64,000 nucleotides of DNA from the NCBI GenBank assembly GCA_964291675.2, contig OZ219866.1, positions 608,001-672,000 of the forward strand, read 5' to 3'. Shown one piece after another: positions 18,493 to 29,373 of this stretch (the first letter of the stretch is position 1; every line of letters begins with the position of its first letter). Made by a program: the position numbers and the translations under genes. The notes below the pieces were generated by a model. That model searched no databases, had not been told where the DNA came from, and was given only the letters and a program-made list of their open reading frames with translations. Origin of the DNA: Alphaproteobacteria bacterium. GTDB lineage: Bacteria; Pseudomonadota; Alphaproteobacteria; MPNO01.

Positions 18493-19605
18493 TCAAAGCC
18501 GCGCCTCCAGCCAATCCAGCATCAGCGGCACGTTGTGGGCCCAGGCGTCGTGGGCGCAGTGGGCGATGCCGCCGAGCCTGGGGTCGTCGTAGATCTTGAG
18601 CGTCTTGTCGGAAGCGCCGATCTCGGCGAACAGGCGTTCGGCGCCGCGCACGTCCATCAGCCGGTCGGGGCGCGGGTGGTTGATAAGCGTCGGGCAGGCG
18701 ATGTTCTGGGCGAGCCCCTCCATTGTGTAGGCCTTGAGCAGCGCCAGCGCCTCCTCGTGGGTGACGCCGCCGAGCAGGCGCCGCAGCGTCGGCTTGAGCC
18801 CGTCATAGAACAGGTAGATGTCGTCGAGCAGCGAGTAGCAGCCGCACCAGGCGACCAGCGCCTTGACCCGGTCGTCGAAGGCGGCGACGCGGGGCGCGTA
18901 GTAGCCCGCCATCGAGATCCCCATCAGCCCGATCCGCCCGGCGTCGACCTCCGGGCGGGCGGCAAGCCAGTCGATCGCCGCCATGCCGGGGACCTCGTAG
19001 TCGGGCCGCGTCGGGATGTTCTTGAGATACATCGACGAGCCGCGCCCCGGCGTGTCGACCAGCAGCATGGCGATGCCGCGCTCCAGCATCTGCCTGCCGG
19101 AGAAATAGATCTCCTCGGCATAGGCGTCCGCGCCGCCGATGAAGAACACCGCCGGCCACTTCGCCCCGGGCGCGGGGTCGACCGGGTGGCAGAAATACCC
19201 GTCATAGGTCTCGGCGCCGCAGGCGACCTCGATGACTTCGATGCGCGGCGAGTGGAGCTTGGCCGCCTCGCGGAAGCAGGTCTGCGCCCTGAGAAACCGC
19301 TCCGCCCGGTCGGCGGCGCGGTCCTCGCCGAGGAACACGTCCGCCATGCGCCAGTACTGGTTGGCGTGGAAGAAATATTTCATCGCCGTGGTGGTTCGCC
19401 CGCCGGCCAGGGCCTCGCGGGCGAGCCCTTCGATGCGCTCCGCCAGCGCCACCCATTCCCGTTCCCAGCTCTCGGTGTCCCCCTCCTCGATCTCGCGGCA
19501 GCAGCGCGCGATGTCGAACACGTCGCCGCCGCCCTGCTGGGCCTCGGCGACCAGGCGAAGGGTCTGCGAGCCGAAGGCATGGCTCGGGAACAGGAAATCG
19601 AACAC
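18493..19605 (-). CDS. Alpha/beta hydrolase (2,6-dihydroxypseudooxynicotine hydrolase/FrsA-like)
   Basis: IGGADAYAEE, DTPGRG, GISMAGYYAPRVAAFD; GTG start after GAGGGAGGA. Confidence 0.85.
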   Translation of the reverse strand: MFDFLFPSHAFGSQTLRLVAEAQQGGGDVFDIARCCREIEEGDTESWEREWVALAERIEGLAREALAGGRTTTAMKYFFHANQYWRMADVFLGEDRAADRAERFLRAQTCFREAAKLHSPRIEVIEVACGAETYDGYFCHPVDPAPGAKWPAVFFIGGADAYAEEIYFSGRQMLERGIAMLLVDTPGRGSSMYLKNIPTRPDYEVPGMAAIDWLAARPEVDAGRIGLMGISMAGYYAPRVAAFDDRVKALVAWCGCYSLLDDIYLFYDGLKPTLRRLLGGVTHEEALALLKAYTMEGLAQNIACPTLINHPRPDRLMDVRGAERLFAEIGASDKTLKIYDDPRLGGIAHCAHDAWAHNVPLMLDWLEARL

Positions 19606-19683
19606 CGCGTCCTCCCTCGATTGGCGCTGCGCCATATTCCCCGTAGACTCCGGGCCGCGCAAACCGGAGGGCGGAGAGGGGCG

Positions 19684-20730
19684 ATGTTCCTGCGCAATTG
19701 CTGGTACGTGGCGGCGTGGAGCCACGAGGTCGGGGAAGAGCCGCTCCCCCGCACGCTGCTGGACGAGGCCCTCGTCCTGTTCCGCACCCGGGACGGCGCC
19801 CCGGCCGCGCTGGAGGACCGCTGCTGCCACCGGGCGCTGCCGCTCTCGATGGGAACCGTCGAGGACGGGGGGCTTCGCTGCGCCTATCACGGGCTCTTGT
19901 TCGATCGCCGCGGCGCCTGCATCGAGGTGCCGGGCCAGACCCGCGTGCCGCCGGGCGGCAAGGTCAGGTCCTACCCCCTTGTGGAGCGGGCGGGATGGAT
20001 CTGGATCTGGATGGGCGAGGCGGCGCCCGACGAGAGCCTGCTGCCCGACTGGTGGTGGATGGACCATCCGGGCTGGAAGACCGTGCCGGGCAACAACGGC
20101 GCGCCGCTCCATTCGCGGTGCAGCCACCGGCTGATCGTCGACAACCTGCTCGACCTCTCCCATCTCGCCTTCGTCCATACCGACACCATCGGCAATGACG
20201 AGATCACCCGCTTTCCCTGCCGCACCGAGCGCGACGGGCGGTCGGTCCGCATGGAACGGCTGATGCCCGCGGTGGAGCCGCCGCCGTTCTACCGGGCGGC
20301 CGGCGGCTTCGCGGGCAAGGTCGACCGCTGGCAGGCGGTCGAGGCCATGCTGCCCTGCCATGTCGATGTCGATGTCGGCTGCACGGAGGTCGGGCGCGGC
20401 GCGCTGGACGGCGACCGGGTGCAGGGGACCGCCTTCCACGTGCCCAACTGCCCGACGCCGGAGACCGAGCGCACCACGCACCATTTCTACGCCCATACCC
20501 GCCTGTTCGGGATCGACAGCGCGGAGCTGGACGAGGTGTTCCGCACCGACTTCCTCAGGGTGTTCCGCGAGGATTTGGAGATCATGGAAGCCCAGCAGCG
20601 CGTGTTCGAGTCCCGTCCCGACGCGCCGCTGGTCGACATCAATGTCGATGCGCCGGCGCTCGCCTTCAGGCGGATGCGGGAAGAGGCGCTGGAGCGGGAA
20701 GCCGAAGCCGGGAGGGAGACCGCCGCATGA
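19684..20730 (+). CDS. Rieske oxygenase, VanA-like
   Basis: FLRNCWYVAAW, DRCCHR, CAYHG, DNLLDLSHLAFVH, FRED..IMEAQQ. Confidence 0.92.
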   Translation: MFLRNCWYVAAWSHEVGEEPLPRTLLDEALVLFRTRDGAPAALEDRCCHRALPLSMGTVEDGGLRCAYHGLLFDRRGACIEVPGQTRVPPGGKVRSYPLVERAGWIWIWMGEAAPDESLLPDWWWMDHPGWKTVPGNNGAPLHSRCSHRLIVDNLLDLSHLAFVHTDTIGNDEITRFPCRTERDGRSVRMERLMPAVEPPPFYRAAGGFAGKVDRWQAVEAMLPCHVDVDVGCTEVGRGALDGDRVQGTAFHVPNCPTPETERTTHHFYAHTRLFGIDSAELDEVFRTDFLRVFREDLEIMEAQQRVFESRPDAPLVDINVDAPALAFRRMREEALEREAEAGRETAA

Positions 20731-22079
20731 GGATGAAACCGCTCTGGCAGCTCGCCGAAGATCTCGCCGAAGGCCGCACGACGTCGGCTGCGCTCACCGC
20801 CCAGTGCTTCGACCGGATCGAGGACCCCGACGGCGAGGGCGCGCGCGCCTTCATCCGCCTGTTCAAGGACGCCGCGATGGATGCGGCCGAGGCGTCCGAC
20901 CGGGCGCGCGGCCACGGGATCGTCCCCTCGCCGCTCGCCGGCATCCCGGTCTCGATCAAGGATCTGTGCGACGTCAGGGGCTACACCACGCTCGCCGGGT
21001 CGAAGGCTCTGGCGGACCGCCCGCCGGCGGAGGCGGACGCGCCGGTGGTCGCCCGGCTGCGCGCCGCCGGCGCGGTCGTCCTCGGCACCACCAACATGAC
21101 CGAGTTCGCCTTCGGCGCGCTCGGCCTCAACCCGCACTACGACACGCCGCGCAACCCGTGGGACCGCGCGACCGGGCGCATCCCCGGCGGCTCGTCCTCG
21201 GGCGCCGCGGTTTCGGTCAGCGACGGGATGGCGGCGGTCGCGCTCGGCAGCGACACCGCGGGATCGGTGCGCATGCCGGCCGGGTTCTGCGGCATTACCG
21301 GCTTCAAGCCGACGACGGGGCGCATCCCGATCGACGGGCTGGTGCCGCTCGCCGCCACGCTCGACAGCGTGGGCCCGCTCGGCAACAGCGTGCAATGCTG
21401 CGCGCTGGTGGATGCGATCTTCGCCGGCCAGACGCCCGAACCCGTCGCCCCGCACCCGGTCGAGCATGCGACGATCGCGGTGCCCAAGCGCCTCGTCTGC
21501 GACGACCTCGACGACGCGGTGGCGAGCGGCTTCGAGGCCGCGCTGCGCCGGCTTTCCGCCGCCGGCGCAAGGCTCGTCGACATCGAGTTCGCGGAGCTCG
21601 ACGAGATCGCGCCGCTCAATGCGGGCGGCACGCTGCCGATCATGGAGGGCCTGGCCTGGCACCGCGAATTGCTGGCGGAGAAGGGCGAGCTCTACGACCC
21701 GATCATCGCGCAGCGCCTGCGCAACGGGGCCGGCATCCCGGCGCATGTCTATCTCGACCTGCTGGCGGCGCGGCGCGACCTGATCGCCCGCGCCGATGCC
21801 GTCACCGCGCCCTACGATGCGGTCGCCATGCCGACGCTCGCCTGGGTGGCGCCGCCGATCCTCGCGATCGGCAACAGCGCCGAGGAGTGGCTGGCGGCGA
21901 ACTCGCGGACGCTGCGCAACACCTTCGTCGGCAACTTCCTCGACCGCTGCGCCATCACCCTGCCCTGCCACGAGCCCGGCTCCGGGCCGGTCGGGCTGAT
22001 GCTGATGGGCGCGCGCGGCGGGGATGCCGCGCTGTTGAGCCTGGCGGCGGGGGTGGAGGACGCGCTCACCGGCCGCTGA
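20727..22079 (+). CDS. Amidase signature family protein
   Basis: [31 protein letters not shown]. Confidence 0.92.
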   Translation: MRMKPLWQLAEDLAEGRTTSAALTAQCFDRIEDPDGEGARAFIRLFKDAAMDAAEASDRARGHGIVPSPLAGIPVSIKDLCDVRGYTTLAGSKALADRPPAEADAPVVARLRAAGAVVLGTTNMTEFAFGALGLNPHYDTPRNPWDRATGRIPGGSSSGAAVSVSDGMAAVALGSDTAGSVRMPAGFCGITGFKPTTGRIPIDGLVPLAATLDSVGPLGNSVQCCALVDAIFAGQTPEPVAPHPVEHATIAVPKRLVCDDLDDAVASGFEAALRRLSAAGARLVDIEFAELDEIAPLNAGGTLPIMEGLAWHRELLAEKGELYDPIIAQRLRNGAGIPAHVYLDLLAARRDLIARADAVTAPYDAVAMPTLAWVAPPILAIGNSAEEWLAANSRTLRNTFVGNFLDRCAITLPCHEPGSGPVGLMLMGARGGDAALLSLAAGVEDALTGR

Positions 22080-22842
22080 AGTTCGGCTTGCGCTTGTCTA
22101 TGAAGGCCGCCATGCCCTCACCCTGGTCGGCGGTGCCGAAGGTTGCCTGGAACAGCCGGCGCTCGAAGCGCACGCCCTCGCTGAGCGACACTTCGTAGGC
22201 GCGATCCACCGATTCCTTGACCATCAGCGCGATGGGAAGCGACATGCCGGCGATCTTCTGCGCCGCCTCGACGGCTTCGTCGATCAGCCGGTCGGGGGCG
22301 ACGACGCGGCTCACCAGCCCGGCGCGCTCGGCCTCGTCGGCATCCATCGTCCGCCCGGTGAGGCACATGTCCATCGCCTTGGACTTGCCGACAAAGCGGG
22401 TCAGCCGCTGGGTCCCGCCGGCCCCGGGGGTGACGCCGAGCTGGATCTCGGGCTGGCCGAAGCGCGCGGTCTCCGCGGCGATGATGAAGTCGCACATCAT
22501 CGCCAGCTCGCAGCCGCCGCCGAGCGCATAGCCCGCCACCGCGGCGATCACCGGCTTGCGGCAGCGCAGGATGGACTCCCAGTCGGCGGTGATGAAGTCC
22601 TCGGTATAGGTGTCGGGCCAGCTCTTGGACTGCATCTCCTTGATGTCGGCGCCGGCCGCGAATGCCTTCTCGGAGCCGGTCAGCACCACCGCGCCGATCG
22701 AGGCATCGGCCTCGAACGCGCCCAGCGCATCGCCGAGCTCGCGAACCAGCGGCGTCGACAGCGCGTTGAGCACGTTGGGGCGGTTCAGCGCGATCAGCCC
22801 GACCGAGTCGCGGGTCTCGACGATGATGTTCTCGTAAGCCAT
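22066..22842 (-). CDS. Enoyl-CoA hydratase
   Basis: [37 protein letters not shown]. Confidence 0.95.
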   Translation of the reverse strand: MAYENIIVETRDSVGLIALNRPNVLNALSTPLVRELGDALGAFEADASIGAVVLTGSEKAFAAGADIKEMQSKSWPDTYTEDFITADWESILRCRKPVIAAVAGYALGGGCELAMMCDFIIAAETARFGQPEIQLGVTPGAGGTQRLTRFVGKSKAMDMCLTGRTMDADEAERAGLVSRVVAPDRLIDEAVEAAQKIAGMSLPIALMVKESVDRAYEVSLSEGVRFERRLFQATFGTADQGEGMAAFIDKRKPNFSGR

Positions 22843-22854
22843 GGATGCCTCGTT

Positions 22855-23253
22855 CTATTGGGGGTTGGAGAGCTGTCGGGTGAGCACGATCCGGACGGAA
22901 GTCCCGTCGGGCCCGGAATCGAGCTCGAGTTCGAGCGCCTCGCCGTCCCGGCGGTAGCGGTCGGGCGGGGTGCAGCCTGGCCGGGCGCATTCCGGCTCCC
23001 AGCCGAGCGGCGGCAGAGACAGGAGGTAGAACCGCCGGACGGCGGCGGGCTCCACCGGTCCCGAGGCGACCGCGGTCGCGACCTGTCCCGTCGCGTGGTC
23101 GAACACCACCGCCTCTTCGGGTCGTTCGGTCAGGCCGGGCATCAGCGGCAGGTCGCTGAACGCGGCGAAGAATTCGCCGGCCCGGGCGTCCGGGACGGCC
23201 AGCAGGGCGGCGAGCGCGAACGGAATCGCCAGGCGATGTCGCCGCACAGCCAC
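22855..23253 (-). CDS. Exported hypothetical protein
   Basis: Signal peptide, DLPLMPGL, FY..SLPPLGW, RDGEAL; sits co-directionally between mutM and the hydratase. Confidence 0.65.
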   Translation of the reverse strand: MAVRRHRLAIPFALAALLAVPDARAGEFFAAFSDLPLMPGLTERPEEAVVFDHATGQVATAVASGPVEPAAVRRFYLLSLPPLGWEPECARPGCTPPDRYRRDGEALELELDSGPDGTSVRIVLTRQLSNPQ

Positions 23254-23256
23254 GCT

Positions 23257-24102
23257 TCAGCGCTGGCGCTCTGCGCAGTAGAAGGTGGAGCGTCCGGACT
23301 GGACGATCCGCCGTATCGCGCCGCCGCAATCGCATCCCGGGCAGGGCTCGCCCTCGCGCCCGTAGACCTTGAACCGATGCTGGAAATAGCCGAGCTCGCC
23401 GTCGGGCGCGACATGGTCGCGCAGCGACGAGCCGCCGGCGTCGATCGCGGACGCGAGGGTCTCGCGGATCGCCCGGGCCAGCCGCCCGGCCCGCGCCTTC
23501 CCGACATTGGCGGCGAGCCGCCGCGGCGAGATCCCGGCGGCGAACAGGCTCTCGCAGGCATAGATATTGCCGAGCCCGGCGACGACGCGCTGGTCGAGCA
23601 GGGCCGCCTTGACGGGCGTGCGCTTGCCGGCCAGCAGGGACCGCAGCCGCGCCCCGTCGAAATCGGCCTCCGTGGGTTCGGGTCCGAGACGGGCGATCAG
23701 CGGGTGGTCGGCGAGCCCGCCGCCCGCGACCCAGTCCATCATCCCGAAACGCCTGGGATCGGCGAAGCGCACGAACGTCCGGTTGCCGAGCACGAAGGTG
23801 ACGTGCTCGTGGCTGGCGAGCGGGTGGGAGGACTGGGCGTCGGACCCGTTCTCGTCGACGATCATGCGTCCCGACATGCCGAGATGGGCGAGCAGGACGC
23901 CGCCGTCGTCGAGGCCGATGGTCAGGTATTTCGCCCGCCTGCCGACCGCGGTCACGGTCCGGCCGAGCAGCCGCGTCTCGAAATCGTCGGGCAGCGGCCA
24001 TCTCAGATCGCGGCGCGCCACGCGCACGCCGTCGATGCGCCGGCCTTCCATGGCGCGCGCGAGGCCGCGGCGGACGGTTTCGACCTCGGGAAGCTCGGGC
24101 AT
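23257..24102 (-). CDS. mutM: Formamidopyrimidine-DNA glycosylase
   Basis: MPELPEVET, HLGMSG, GLGNIYACE, C-terminal C4 zinc finger. Confidence 0.97.
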   Translation of the reverse strand: MPELPEVETVRRGLARAMEGRRIDGVRVARRDLRWPLPDDFETRLLGRTVTAVGRRAKYLTIGLDDGGVLLAHLGMSGRMIVDENGSDAQSSHPLASHEHVTFVLGNRTFVRFADPRRFGMMDWVAGGGLADHPLIARLGPEPTEADFDGARLRSLLAGKRTPVKAALLDQRVVAGLGNIYACESLFAAGISPRRLAANVGKARAGRLARAIRETLASAIDAGGSSLRDHVAPDGELGYFQHRFKVYGREGEPCPGCDCGGAIRRIVQSGRSTFYCAERQR

Positions 24103-24194
24103 GCCGAAACCTAGCGGATTTTCTCGCGGAGTCGACTCCGCCCGCCCGACATGCTCGTTGGCTAGGGCGCATGCATCGGATTATGGTCGCCGCG

Positions 24195-24956
24195 ATGGCG
24201 GAGAAACCCAGCCCTCCCGAGGCGGGCCAGGCATTGTTCGGGTTCGAGAAGCTCGATGCGGCGGAGCATGCCGAGCGCGTGCGCCGGGTCTTTGCGGCCG
24301 TCGCCGGGCGCTACGACCTGATGAACGATCTGATGAGCGGCGGGCTCCACCGGCTCTGGAAGGCGGCGATGATCGACTGGCTGGCGCCGCGCGCCGGCTG
24401 GTCGATGATCGACGTCGCGGGCGGCACCGGCGATGTCGCGCACGCCATCCTGCGCCGCGCCGACGCCGAGGTGACCGTCTGCGATCCCGGCATCGAGATG
24501 CTCAACGCCGGGATCGACCGGATGCGGGACCGCGGGCTCGTATCCGGCATCCGTTTCGTCGCGGGCAGGGCCGAGGCGCTGCCCTTTCCGGCGGCGGCGG
24601 CGGATGCCTGCACCATCGCCTTCGGGCTCAGGAACGTCACCGACCGCGCGGCCGCGCTCGCCGAGGCGCGGCGCGTGCTCAAGCCGGGCGGGCGGTTCAT
24701 GTGCCTTGAGTTCAGCCGGCCCCGGGCGGCGGCGCTGCGCCCGCTCTACGATGCCTATTCCTATGCGGTGCTGCCTCGGCTCGGCGCGGCGGTGGCCGGC
24801 GACGGCGACGCCTATCGCTACCTCGCCGACAGCATCCGCTCCTTCCCCGACCAGGAAGCCCTCGCGGACGAGCTCCGCGCCGCCGGCTTCGGGGTGGTCC
24901 GCTACCGCAATCTGAGCGCCGGCATCGCGGCCCTGCATTCGGCCTGGCGCACCTGA
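24195..24956 (+). CDS. ubiE: Ubiquinone/menaquinone C-methyltransferase
   Basis: YDLMNDLMSGGLHRLWK, DVAGGTGD, FGLRNVT, RVLKPGG. Confidence 0.95.
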   Translation: MAEKPSPPEAGQALFGFEKLDAAEHAERVRRVFAAVAGRYDLMNDLMSGGLHRLWKAAMIDWLAPRAGWSMIDVAGGTGDVAHAILRRADAEVTVCDPGIEMLNAGIDRMRDRGLVSGIRFVAGRAEALPFPAAAADACTIAFGLRNVTDRAAALAEARRVLKPGGRFMCLEFSRPRAAALRPLYDAYSYAVLPRLGAAVAGDGDAYRYLADSIRSFPDQEALADELRAAGFGVVRYRNLSAGIAALHSAWRT

Positions 24957-24959
24957 ACG

Positions 24960-26525
24960 ATGTTCCACGGGTTGCGAAATCTCCGGCGCATTTGGCGCAT
25001 CGTCCGCACGCTCGCCCGCCACGATGCGCTGTCGGCGTTCGAGCCGGTCAGGGCGCATGCGACGATCCGGATCGCGCTCTGGCTGCTCGGCAGGCCCCTG
25101 GTGGGGGAGGCGCGGTCGCGGCGCCCCGGCGAGAGGCTCGCCGCGGCGTTCCAGGAGCTGGGGCCGAGCTTCGTGAAGCTGGGCCAGGCGCTGTCGGTGC
25201 GTTTCGACCTGGTCGGCGAGGAGATGGCGGCGGACCTCGCCCAGCTGCAGGACCGCCTGCCGCCCTTTGCGACCGACGAGGCGCGCAAGACCATCGAGGC
25301 GGAGCTCGGCTGCGCGCTCGGCGAGGTGTTCGCCGAGTTCGCGGACGAGGCGGTCGCCGCGGCCTCCATCGCCCAGGTGCACCGCGCGGTAACCACCGAG
25401 GGCGACGAGGTCGCGGTCAAGGTGCTGAGACCGGGCATCGAGGCCGCGTTCAACCGCGACCTCGAGCTGATGCGCTGGCTGGCCGGCATCATCGCCCACC
25501 TCCACGGCACGTTCGACCGGCTCAAGCCGGTGGCGGTGGTCGAGACCTTCGCCGAGTCGGCGTCGATCGAGATGGACCTCCGTCTGGAAGCCGCGGCGGC
25601 GCAGGAGCTCCGCGCCAATTTCGAGGAGACCGACGGGTTCGAGGTGCCGACGGTCGACTGGCGGCGGACCGGACGCCGCGTTCTCACCTTGAGCTGGGTC
25701 GACGGCGTGCCGATCCACGACCGCGAGCGGCTGGAGGCCGAAGGCCACGACTTGGCGGAGATCGTCGCCCTGATGGCCTCGGTGTTCTTCTTCCAGATCT
25801 TCCGCGACGGCTTCTTCCACGCCGACCTGCACCCGGGGAACCTGCTGGTCGACACGGAAGGCAGGGTGCATGCGGTCGATTTCGGCATCATGGGGCGGGT
25901 CGACCGGCCGACCCGGCGCTACCTCGCGGACATGCTGTACTCGTTCCTGGTCCGCGATTACCGCCGGGTCGCGGAGATCCACGTCTCGGCCGGGCTGGTG
26001 CCGGCCGACCAGTCGGTGGACGGATTCGCCCAGGCCGCCCGCGCGATCGCCGAGCCGATCCTCGGCCTGCCGCTCAACCAGATTTCGCTCGCCCGGCTGG
26101 TGGGCCAGCTGTTCCAGGTCACCAAGCGCTTCAACATGGAGGTGCAGCCGCAGCTCCTGCTCCTCCAGAAGACCATGCTGGTGGCCGAGGGGGTGGGGCG
26201 GCGGCTGCATCCGGAAACCAACATGTGGGAGCTCGCCCGGCCGCTGATCGAGGAATGGATGGCCGAGCAGATGGGGCCGCAGGCGCGGGTGCGCGAGACC
26301 GTGGAGACGCTGAGCGACGCGCTCGCCCGCCTGCCCAAGGCGCTCGGCGATTTGGAGCGGACGGTCGACGTGCTCGCCCAGAACCGCATCCAGCTCGACC
26401 CCGAGACGGTCGATGCGCTGCGCGCCGGGCTGGCGGGGCGGCGCCGGGGGCGCGGGCTGTGGCTCGCCGTGCTCGCGCTCGCCGCCGCCGTCGCCGTGCT
26501 GGTCTGGGCGCAGGCGGGCGGGTAG
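24960..26525 (+). CDS. ubiB: Ubiquinone biosynthesis kinase-like protein
   Basis: LGPSFVKLGQ, AASIAQVH, FFHADLHPGN, DFGIMG, LLQKTML. Confidence 0.95.
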   Translation: MFHGLRNLRRIWRIVRTLARHDALSAFEPVRAHATIRIALWLLGRPLVGEARSRRPGERLAAAFQELGPSFVKLGQALSVRFDLVGEEMAADLAQLQDRLPPFATDEARKTIEAELGCALGEVFAEFADEAVAAASIAQVHRAVTTEGDEVAVKVLRPGIEAAFNRDLELMRWLAGIIAHLHGTFDRLKPVAVVETFAESASIEMDLRLEAAAAQELRANFEETDGFEVPTVDWRRTGRRVLTLSWVDGVPIHDRERLEAEGHDLAEIVALMASVFFFQIFRDGFFHADLHPGNLLVDTEGRVHAVDFGIMGRVDRPTRRYLADMLYSFLVRDYRRVAEIHVSAGLVPADQSVDGFAQAARAIAEPILGLPLNQISLARLVGQLFQVTKRFNMEVQPQLLLLQKTMLVAEGVGRRLHPETNMWELARPLIEEWMAEQMGPQARVRETVETLSDALARLPKALGDLERTVDVLAQNRIQLDPETVDALRAGLAGRRRGRGLWLAVLALAAAVAVLVWAQAGG

Positions 26526-26692
26526 CGGCCTAACCTGGAATTCCACACTTCGCGTCTCGCGCGCCCTGCCGCGCCCCCGCTGCGCGATACCGGCTTGCCA
26601 CCACCAGACTCTCGCCACTCGTCCCGTCTAACCAGTTAGACACAAACGACGAAGCTTCAAGAACTCCTATACGATCTTGGGGGAGGCGACGT

Positions 26693-27355
26693 TTACTGTT
26701 CCACCGACGGCCAAGCAAATTGAAATCTGTTAACGTACAGTTCTTGGTACAAGAAATTGAGGTCATATTCCCAATGTCTTATCGCGTGTCTCATTGAATT
26801 GTCATTCCGGCGTTTGGCGTTTCGAGCAAATGCCGCAATTGCCTCCGCCAGCTTCTGGAGTCTACCGGCTGAATTAGGTCGACACCATTCCTCAACATAG
26901 CTCCTTGAATTTACGGGAGGCAATTCGCCCCCGAACACTTCAAGCAGGATATGCCTCCTTACGCCCCGAGTTTTTCCATTCTTGCCAACTTTGTAACCCA
27001 GACACGACAACATTCCCTTTTCTGGGGGGTCAATGGAAAATGGACCGAGTCCCGGTTGAGCATCAGTAGTGGGCCATTCAAAGAAAGCTTCATCTTCCTG
27101 CCGTCTTCTCCATTCTCTGTTTACAGCGTCAATTAACAGGCGCGCATCATCGTACGAATTTGCCTGTTCTCCATCGGCGATTATGAGTATTGCGTCCATC
27201 CAACGTTTGGTGATCTGTTCAAGACCCGAGTGGCGCATGCTCTCGGCAGTATCCGCTCTGCACCGGGGACAACTGGGAGGTTGCTGCTGCAGGTCGTAAA
27301 ACTTGGTGCCACACAGCGGGCAGGTATGCTTGGCACCCCGCTCGATATTGGACAA
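26693..27355 (-). CDS. Hypothetical protein: FYDLN-type zinc ribbon fused to an unknown domain
   Basis: TTG after GGGAGGG; GAKHTCPLCGTKFYDL...CPRC; visibly AT-richer than its neighbours. Confidence 0.7.
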   Translation of the reverse strand: MSNIERGAKHTCPLCGTKFYDLQQQPPSCPRCRADTAESMRHSGLEQITKRWMDAILIIADGEQANSYDDARLLIDAVNREWRRRQEDEAFFEWPTTDAQPGLGPFSIDPPEKGMLSCLGYKVGKNGKTRGVRRHILLEVFGGELPPVNSRSYVEEWCRPNSAGRLQKLAEAIAAFARNAKRRNDNSMRHAIRHWEYDLNFLYQELYVNRFQFAWPSVEQ

Positions 27356-27698
27356 CGGCAGGCCCTCCCGTCCAAGATGGATCGCTGATCGGCGCCGCAG
27401 GTGTCGACTCGTTCCGTGACCGGCCCTATTGGGTAGATCGGTGGGCATGTTAGTGCAGTGAAGGTTTTGCAGCCAAGCTGGGTGGCCGGCTCAGAGCCAT
27501 CATCATGGACAGAGCGAAAGCGGCTCTTCCGATGGGCGAGGAGGACGGTGGCAGGCGGTCCGCTGGGTTCTCCTACTCCCGGACGGATTTCTGACCAGCG
27601 CATATTCGAAAGTCTGTCCACCCACCACCAATCTCTTCCGAACCCGGCACCGGGCCGGGTATGATGCAGGCGCCGCTGGAGAAAGGCGAACCGGGCCG

Positions 27699-28916
27699 GT
27701 GCTGGACGGCAAGCGCATACTCCTGATCGTCGCGGGCGGGATCGCCGCCTACAAGACGCTCGAACTGACCCGCCGCCTGGTGGAGCGGGGCGCGAGGGTG
27801 CGCTCGGTGCTGACCGCTGCGGGGGCCGAATTCGTCACCCCGCTGGCGCTGTCCTCGCTGAGCGGCGACAGGGTCTACCAGGAGCTCTTCTCGCTTACCG
27901 ACGAGCACGAGATGGGCCATATCCAGCTCTCGCGCGACGCCGACCTCGTGGTGGTCGCGCCGGCGACGGCCGACATCCTCGCCAAGATGGCGGCGGGGCT
28001 GGCGGGCGATCTCGCGACCACGCTGCTGCTCGCCACCGACAAGGACGTGCTGGCGGCGCCGGCGATGAACGTGCGCATGTGGCAGCACGCAGCGACCCGG
28101 GCCAATCTCGCCACCCTGCGCACGCGCGGGATCGGCATCGTCGGGCCGGAGGAGGGGCCGATGGCCTGCGGCGAGCACGGCCCGGGGCGGATGGCCGAGC
28201 CCGAGGCGATTCTGGCGGCGATCGAGGCCTGGTTCGCCGCCGGCCGCCGGCTCGACGGGCGCTCGGCGCTGGTGACCAGCGGCCCGACCTGGGAGGCGGT
28301 CGACCCGGTCCGCTTTCTCGGCAACCGGTCCTCGGGCAAGCAGGGCCATGCCATCGCCGCCGCGCTGGCCCGCGCGGGCGCGCGGACGCGGCTGGTGACC
28401 GGGCCGACCCACGAGCCGGATCCGGCGGGGGTCGAGATCGTCCGCGTCGAGTCGGCGCGCGAGATGCTAGAGGCCTGCCGCGCCGCCCTGCCGTCCGACG
28501 TCGCCGTGTTCGCCGCGGCGGTCGCCGACTGGCGCCCGGCCCGCGAGTCGGGCCGCAAGCTGAAGAAGTCGTCGGGTGCGCCGGGTGCGATCGAGCTGGT
28601 CGAGAACCCGGACGTGCTGGCGAGCGTCGCGGCGGCGGGCAATCTGCGCCCCGCGCTGGTCGTCGGCTTCGCCGCCGAGACCGACGACATCCTCGGCAAC
28701 GCGCGCAGGAAGCTCGAACGCAAGGGCTGCGACTGGATCCTCGCCAACGACGTGTCGCCGGGGACGGGCACATTCGGCGGCGAGGAGAACAGCATCCGGA
28801 TGGTCAGCGGCGACGGGGTCGAGGACTGGCCGAAGCTGTCCAAGGAGGCGGTGGCCGGGCGGCTCGCCGGGCGCATCGCCGACTGGTTCGAGGCGCGCGG
28901 CGAGGCGGCCGAATGA
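27699..28916 (+). CDS. coaBC: Phosphopantothenoylcysteine decarboxylase/synthetase
   Basis: [38 protein letters not shown]. Confidence 0.97.
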   Translation: MLDGKRILLIVAGGIAAYKTLELTRRLVERGARVRSVLTAAGAEFVTPLALSSLSGDRVYQELFSLTDEHEMGHIQLSRDADLVVVAPATADILAKMAAGLAGDLATTLLLATDKDVLAAPAMNVRMWQHAATRANLATLRTRGIGIVGPEEGPMACGEHGPGRMAEPEAILAAIEAWFAAGRRLDGRSALVTSGPTWEAVDPVRFLGNRSSGKQGHAIAAALARAGARTRLVTGPTHEPDPAGVEIVRVESAREMLEACRAALPSDVAVFAAAVADWRPARESGRKLKKSSGAPGAIELVENPDVLASVAAAGNLRPALVVGFAAETDDILGNARRKLERKGCDWILANDVSPGTGTFGGEENSIRMVSGDGVEDWPKLSKEAVAGRLAGRIADWFEARGEAAE

Positions 28917-29368
28917 GCGGTATCGCGGTCGCGGTGACCCGGCTCGCGGGGAACGACGACATCGCCCTGCCGCGCTACGAGACGGCGCAGTCGGCGGGGC
29001 TCGACCTGGAAGCGGCGGTGACGGGCGCCGTGGTGCTGGCGCCGGGCGGGCGGGCGACGATCCCGACCGGGCTCGCGATCGCCCTGCCGCCGGGCTACGA
29101 GGCGCAGATCCGCCCGCGCTCGGGCCTCGCCGCGAAGAGCGGCATCACCGTGCTGAACGCGCCCGGCACCATCGACGCGGATTATCGCGGCGAGATCAAG
29201 GTGGTGCTCGCCAATCTCGGCGCCGCGCCGTTCGCCGTCGAGCGCGGCATGCGGATCGCCCAGATGGTGGTGGCCCCGGTGACCCGGATCGCCTGGCGGG
29301 AGGTCGCGGCGCTGCCCGACAGCGCGCGCGGCACCGGCGGGTTCGGCTCGACCGGGACCGGCGGCTGA
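28913..29368 (+). CDS. dut: dUTP diphosphatase
   Basis: [36 protein letters not shown]. Confidence 0.97.
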   Translation: MSGIAVAVTRLAGNDDIALPRYETAQSAGLDLEAAVTGAVVLAPGGRATIPTGLAIALPPGYEAQIRPRSGLAAKSGITVLNAPGTIDADYRGEIKVVLANLGAAPFAVERGMRIAQMVVAPVTRIAWREVAALPDSARGTGGFGSTGTGG

Positions 29369-29373
29369 GGGGT

